Positions 59,311 to 64,000 of a stretch of DNA of 64,000 nucleotides are shown here, in pieces. This DNA is from an uncultured Gammaproteobacteria bacterium (GTDB lineage: Bacteria; Pseudomonadota; Gammaproteobacteria; Ga0077536). Below the pieces are notes generated by a model. The model did not search any database, was not told the DNA's origin, and saw nothing but the letters and a program-made list of their open reading frames with translations. The stretch covers positions 324 through 64,323 of the forward strand of contig CAZXQY010000003.1 in assembly GCA_964642505.1 (NCBI GenBank), given 5' to 3'. Position numbers and translations under genes: made by a program. Each line of letters begins with the position of its first letter. Position 1 is the first letter of the stretch.

Positions 59311-61116
59311 ATGGGACTAATTAACGATTTCGTCATAAAGTTCGCAAACGTCAACGGCTCGGGCTCGGCTTCTGCCAACACTTTGTTTACCAAAGCGATA
59401 CTCAGAATGGGAATCCCGGCCACACCGCGAAATATCTTCCCCTCAAACATACAAGGGTTGCCTACATGGTACGAAGTAAGAGTGTCGGCAGAAGGTTGGC
59501 TAGGAAGGAAAGAAGGAATCGATTTCCTCGTAGCCATGAATCCGGAGACAATAGAACAAGATATCAGTGAATTAAAAGCAGGAGGGAACCTCCTTTACGA
59601 CTCGACTAAATCGTTGCCTGTGAAATACCGTCGGGAGGATATAAACTCATATGGACTACCATTCATGTCTTTATGCAACGAAAAATACGACGATCCTCGT
59701 CAACGCCAGCTTTTCAAAAATATAATGTATATTGGTTCTCTTTCCGCTTTAGTAGGGATGAAAAAGGAAATTCTAGTTCGATTGATTACAGAACTCTATG
59801 GAGATAAAAAACCACTTATAGAATCAAATCTAGAGGCTTTATCGACAGGGTTCGAGGCGGCGGAATCAAATTTCACCACTCCTTCCACAATTTCTATTCC
59901 TGCCGGCAATAAAATTGGAGAGAAAATTTTCATTGAAGGAAATGAGGCCGCGGCGTTAGGCGCCCTATACGCAGGAGCCACGGTAGCCGCTTGGTACCCA
60001 ATCACTCCATCATCCTCTTTGGCCGAAGCATTCGAAAGATACTGTAAAAAATATCGTAAAGATCCCAAAACTAAAAAAGACCGCTATGCAATTCTACAAG
60101 CCGAAGACGAACTCGCTTCCATCGGGATGGTTTTGGGAGCTAGTTGGAATGGGGCAAGAGCTTTTACCTGCACATCTGGGCCTGGCATCTCCTTGATGCA
60201 AGAATTTCTAGGTTTCGGCTATTTCGCTGAAATACCTGCCGTCGTCTTTAACGTGCAACGCGGCGGCCCATCGACAGGCATGCCTACGAGAACGCAGCAA
60301 TCTGATTTATTGTCTTGCGCCTATGCCTCACATGGTGATACAAAGCACGTCATGCTTTTCCCTGAAGATCCAAAAGAATCATTTGATATGAGTGCACTAG
60401 CTTTCGATATCGCCGACCGCCTTCAAACACCGGTATTCGTAATGCTTGATCTTGATATCGGAATGAATGAAAGATTATGCGAACCTTTAGCTTGGCACGA
60501 CAAACGTTGTTACGACCGAGGCAAAGTATTGACCGACGACGCCATCCAAGATTTAGAGACGTTCGGCAGATATCTCGATATAGATAGGGATGGTATCTCC
60601 TATCGAACCTACCCAGGTACACATACCAACCTCGGATCCTATTTTACCAGGGGGACGACAAAGGATCAGTACGCAAACTATAGTGAGTCTCCTCAGGACT
60701 ATACTGAAAACATGGAGAGACTAACTAAGAAACACCAAACCGCGGTACGTTTTGTTCCAACACCTGTGGTGCGGTACCAGCATGGTCAAAGGGAAATCGG
60801 AGCAGTTTATTTTGGCTCTACATCTCCCGCCATGAAAGAAGCATTAGCTTTGCTATCGGCCGAAAACTTTACCCTAAATGATTTGAGAATCAGGTCCTAC
60901 CCTTTTTCACAGGAAATCCAAGAATTCATTGAGAGCCACCGAATTATTTTTATAATAGAGCAAAATAGAGACCATCAAATACGCACGCTGTTGGTCAACG
61001 AATTAAATCTCTCACAGAATAACTTGGTGTCAGTACTACACTACGATGGAACCCCAATCACAGCCCAAATAATAAAAGAAAAAATCATGGCGCACCTAAA
61101 AGAACAAGCAACTTAA
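59311..61116 (+). CDS. korA: 2-oxoacid:ferredoxin oxidoreductase alpha subunit (fused γ/α, KorA)
   Basis: FVIKFANVNGSGSASAN N-terminus (γ-domain) followed by a pyrimidine-binding α-domain. Length 601 aa. Confidence 0.85.
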   Translation: MGLINDFVIKFANVNGSGSASANTLFTKAILRMGIPATPRNIFPSNIQGLPTWYEVRVSAEGWLGRKEGIDFLVAMNPETIEQDISELKAGGNLLYDSTKSLPVKYRREDINSYGLPFMSLCNEKYDDPRQRQLFKNIMYIGSLSALVGMKKEILVRLITELYGDKKPLIESNLEALSTGFEAAESNFTTPSTISIPAGNKIGEKIFIEGNEAAALGALYAGATVAAWYPITPSSSLAEAFERYCKKYRKDPKTKKDRYAILQAEDELASIGMVLGASWNGARAFTCTSGPGISLMQEFLGFGYFAEIPAVVFNVQRGGPSTGMPTRTQQSDLLSCAYASHGDTKHVMLFPEDPKESFDMSALAFDIADRLQTPVFVMLDLDIGMNERLCEPLAWHDKRCYDRGKVLTDDAIQDLETFGRYLDIDRDGISYRTYPGTHTNLGSYFTRGTTKDQYANYSESPQDYTENMERLTKKHQTAVRFVPTPVVRYQHGQREIGAVYFGSTSPAMKEALALLSAENFTLNDLRIRSYPFSQEIQEFIESHRIIFIIEQNRDHQIRTLLVNELNLSQNNLVSVLHYDGTPITAQIIKEKIMAHLKEQAT

Positions 61117-61124
61117 TCCTAAAA

Positions 61125-62180
61125 ATGACTTACATTAAAAAACCAAAATTCGCCCATCCCAAAACCACCCTTAATGATTTGGGCTTCGCCCGCAGAGATT
61201 ACGAAGGAAAGATTTCCACACTTTGCGCCGGATGCGGGCACGACTCTATCAGTGCCGCAGTAGCTAGCGCTTTTTTTGAACTTTCGGTAGCACCTCACAG
61301 AGTGGCCAAACTATCTGGTATAGGTTGTTCATCGAAAACTCCCGCCTATTTCCTAAATCATTCTCATGGATTAAATAGTGTACACGGCAGAATGCCGTCT
61401 GTATTAACGGGCGCAAATTTGGCAAACAAAGATATGCTTTACCTCGGAATATCCGGCGACGGTGATTCAGCCTCTATAGGACTTGGGCAATTCGCACACG
61501 CCCTTCGCAGAGGCGTAAACATGACCTATGTTGTCGAGAATAACGGGGTTTATGGACTGACGAAGGGCCAATTCTCTGCTACCGCGGACAAAGGTTCTGC
61601 AAGCAAGAGGGGTATTGTCAATGAGAGTAATCACGTAGACCTTGTCGCCTTAGCGCTCCAATTAGGTTCTACCTTTGTGGCCAGAAGCTTTTCTGGAGAT
61701 AAAAAACAACTTATCCCGATCTTGAAGGCCGCGATTGCGCATCGAGGGGCTGCTCTTATCGACGTGATCAGCCCTTGTGTAGCATTTAACAATCATTCTG
61801 GATCTACTAAAAGCTACGATTTCGTTAGAGAACATAATGTAGCTGTAAACAAACTCGATTTCATCACTGCAAAAAAACCAATGGAAGCAGACTATAAAGA
61901 AGGAAGCTCCCATTCTGTCATCGGCCACGACGGAACCACCTTCAAACTACGAAAGATAAAACAAGAACATGACCCGCGTGATAGAATGGCCGCAATCAAT
62001 AATCTTGAATACCATTCGGCTAGGGGAGAAATACTCACTGGACTAATCTTTGAAGATCCTGACAGTCTAGAATTACATCAACATTTAAATACAGTAGATG
62101 TGCCGCTTAACTCCCTAAACGAGGAAGAGTTATGTCCAGGTTCTTCGATCTTGGACGAAATCAATAATAGGTCCCGCTAA
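61125..62180 (+). CDS. korB: 2-oxoacid:ferredoxin oxidoreductase beta subunit (TPP-binding, KorB)
   Basis: CAGCGHD and GDGDSASIG TPP-binding motifs. Confidence 0.85.
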   Translation: MTYIKKPKFAHPKTTLNDLGFARRDYEGKISTLCAGCGHDSISAAVASAFFELSVAPHRVAKLSGIGCSSKTPAYFLNHSHGLNSVHGRMPSVLTGANLANKDMLYLGISGDGDSASIGLGQFAHALRRGVNMTYVVENNGVYGLTKGQFSATADKGSASKRGIVNESNHVDLVALALQLGSTFVARSFSGDKKQLIPILKAAIAHRGAALIDVISPCVAFNNHSGSTKSYDFVREHNVAVNKLDFITAKKPMEADYKEGSSHSVIGHDGTTFKLRKIKQEHDPRDRMAAINNLEYHSARGEILTGLIFEDPDSLELHQHLNTVDVPLNSLNEEELCPGSSILDEINNRSR

Positions 62181-62191
62181 TATTTGAAGCT

Positions 62192-62587
62192 ATGAAAATC
62201 TCTGTGCCAATATCTGTGGGAGAACTTCTAGATAAAATTTCGATCCTGCAAATAAAAAATGAAAAAGTTAAAGACCAAGTTAAATTAGTGAACATTCGTC
62301 ATGAATTAGAATTACTAGAAAGAACAATTACCGAATTCGAAATAGAGGATTTAGTCTGTCCAAAAATCCTTACAAAGCTTCGAACCGAATTAATAAATGT
62401 AAATCAGGAGTTATGGTCGATAGAGGACAAATTGCGGGTTTTGGAGACCAAAAGAGAATTCGGCGTTGATTTCATAACTGCGGCACGAAAGGTATACGAA
62501 TACAACGACCACCGGGCAAAAATAAAACGGAAAATAAACGAATTGACTGGCTCCGAATTGATAGAGGAGAAGTATTATTCGGAGTAA
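62192..62587 (+). CDS. Conserved hypothetical coiled-coil protein
   Basis: 131-aa charged α-helical protein. Its stop is 8 nt before the region encoding the heptosyltransferase N-terminus. Confidence 0.5.
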   Translation: MKISVPISVGELLDKISILQIKNEKVKDQVKLVNIRHELELLERTITEFEIEDLVCPKILTKLRTELINVNQELWSIEDKLRVLETKREFGVDFITAARKVYEYNDHRAKIKRKINELTGSELIEEKYYSE

Positions 62588-62654
62588 TTGTTCTCGAAGT
62601 GTACTAGTTTATGTCACGGGCGATAGGATTGGAGACGGAATACTGAAGTTTCCG

Positions 62655-63590
62655 GTGTTGCGAGCTTTTAAGGCAGTCAACCCGCACACTAAACTAATAT
62701 GGGTCACAGGAAAGAACCCTTCCGTTTTCCTGCGGGGTTTGTCGGCACTTACCCGGAATATATTCGATGAGATTCACGAAAAAACAGGTCTTGCTTCTTT
62801 TTCCAATAGGAACGGATTCCGTTTTAACACTGAAATCGAATCAATACTTTGTACCGAAACAAATTTAATTGATACCCTTCTTTTAAGGCGATTAGGAGCA
62901 GAAACTTTCATATCGCCTGCGGCAAAATTTTCTTTCTCCTCGAAGAAGCCTGAACCAGGGTACGACCAACTGCCGATATACGGAAAATTTTTAGCTTTAA
63001 TGTCTCTAGTCAGTGAAAAACCCTTATCCCCGGATTTAAGCATACCGATCCCAAAAGAATACTTAAATTTTTCCACAAAACTATTTAAAAAAAACCGACA
63101 CTATGTGGGATTGAGCCCCGGAGCTGGTTCCAACGCAAAACAATGGCCTCTCAAATTCTTTGTTAAGATAGCAAAAGTCCTGACTTCTCAAAATGTAACT
63201 CCGACTTTCTTTTTAGGCCCCATGGAAGAACATCTTAAAGAGAAGCTGTGCAAACAAATACCTGCTGCCATATTCCCCGAAAGCCAACTTGAAGTAGGGC
63301 TCCCTAAGTCACCGCTACTGACTATTGCTTTAGCTCGAAATTTAGATTTTTCATTGGTAAACGATTCTGGAGGCGGTCAGCTAGTCGCTGCGGGAGGCAA
63401 GAAAACAATCACTCTGTTCAATGCAAAAAGGGGAGCTAAGTTTAAGTCACCCTTTTGCGAGCAAATAGCTCTCAATGCGACTAGTTACAACGCGACTAAA
63501 GTCAAATCGATTCCGTACCGACCAGTCCTCGAGGCAGTTGAAAAAGCGCTCGGCGAATTGCTAAAAAATCCACTGCAACAACGAGTTTGA
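62655..63590 (+). CDS. Glycosyltransferase family 9 (LPS heptosyltransferase-like). The true start probably lies upstream, near 62600.
   Basis: GT9 C-terminal nucleotide-sugar binding region. The in-frame upstream codons encode the conserved N-terminal VTGDRIGDGILKFPVLRAFK motif, but no ATG/GTG/TTG precedes it. Confidence 0.65.
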   Translation: MLRAFKAVNPHTKLIWVTGKNPSVFLRGLSALTRNIFDEIHEKTGLASFSNRNGFRFNTEIESILCTETNLIDTLLLRRLGAETFISPAAKFSFSSKKPEPGYDQLPIYGKFLALMSLVSEKPLSPDLSIPIPKEYLNFSTKLFKKNRHYVGLSPGAGSNAKQWPLKFFVKIAKVLTSQNVTPTFFLGPMEEHLKEKLCKQIPAAIFPESQLEVGLPKSPLLTIALARNLDFSLVNDSGGGQLVAAGGKKTITLFNAKRGAKFKSPFCEQIALNATSYNATKVKSIPYRPVLEAVEKALGELLKNPLQQRV

Positions 63591-63670
63591 CAGTTACAGA
63601 ATAAATGGTGTTATCATCGTCAGTAGAACCAACTGACGACGTATCCAATTAAAATACCAGGCGAAAGATA

Positions 63671-63913
63671 ATGCAAAAACTTGAGATAATGTCCCCTCTA
63701 CCAGGTACCTTCTACAGGAAACCATCACCGGACGCTGCGCCCTACAAAAGTAACGGTGACTCGGTAGAAAAAGGAGATGTTATCGGGCTAGTTGAAGTTA
63801 TGAAAAATTTCCACGAAATCAAGGCCCAAGATTCTGGGGTAAACATCAAATTCTCGATAGAGGACGCTGACCCAGTGCAACCGGGCCAATCTATAGCTAC
63901 CTTAGAAAAATAA
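63671..63913 (+). CDS. Standalone biotinyl (BCCP C-terminal-like) domain protein
   Basis: 80 aa, aligning with the E. coli AccB C-terminal domain (SPLPGTFYRKPSPDA...GLVEVMKNFHEIKA). The lysine of the A/VMK motif is present but the flanking residue is Asn instead of Met. Confidence 0.7.
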   Translation: MQKLEIMSPLPGTFYRKPSPDAAPYKSNGDSVEKGDVIGLVEVMKNFHEIKAQDSGVNIKFSIEDADPVQPGQSIATLEK

Positions 63914-63928
63914 CGCAGATTAAACTGA

Positions 63929-63955
63929 CTCCCCAAAAATAGTTGGGGAGTCAAC
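63929..63955 (+). terminator. Hairpin downstream of the biotinyl-domain gene (putative terminator)
   Basis: gactcccca-aaaatag-ttggggagtc stem-loop. Confidence 0.4.
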
Positions 63956-64000
63956 ATATTTAAATGCCTGGCAATGTCCTACTTTCACATGGGCGAACCA

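Noticed and set aside
62611-62646. ATG at 62611 as the heptosyltransferase start codon
   Set aside because: It is out of frame with the GT9 ORF and terminates after 11 codons (MSRAIGLETEY*). It would only be relevant if a sequencing indel exists.

Overview
This 64-kb window reads as a largely core chromosomal region of a moderately AT-rich gammaproteobacterium, probably marine. It is gene-dense (about 68 CDS and 4 tRNAs), and no integrase, transposase, CRISPR array or prophage module was found. Recognisable housekeeping genes include rsmA (5'-truncated), aroE, apaH, folA-thyA-lgt, uvrA with a divergent ssb, zapE, a DegP/DegQ-type HtrA protease, coq7, ubiK, rplM-rpsI, lpdA and phaC. Metabolic and transport content is larger. 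There are two tandem glnK-amt ammonium-uptake modules, one with a divergent PII protein. There are two TRAP transporters, pxpA with pxpCB (5-oxoprolinase), and a korAB 2-oxoacid:ferredoxin oxidoreductase. The korAB genes are preceded by a GltD-like flavoprotein fused to ferredoxin domains. A 1096-aa single-chain carboxylase carries BC, BCCP and CT domains in that order. A catabolic-looking cluster encodes an SDR, a sulfotransferase, a CaiB/BaiF CoA-transferase, a SnoaL/BaiE-like protein, a MetE-like protein, an SMP-30 lactonase and a DadA-like oxidase. The most unusual loci are listed here. A bactofilin / ParA-like ATPase / bactofilin operon sits beside tRNA-Ser. A crotonase-fold protein is fused through a long acidic linker to a FimV-type C-terminal domain. 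A two-cNMP-domain rhodanese lies downstream of amtB. Two tandem tRNA-Arg genes differ essentially only in the anticodon (TCG versus ACG). A standalone AccB-C-terminal-like biotinyl domain has an EVMKN motif. A GT9 heptosyltransferase-like gene encodes its conserved N-terminus upstream of any canonical start codon. All calls come from reading the six-frame translations and the DNA by eye. No database searches were run.
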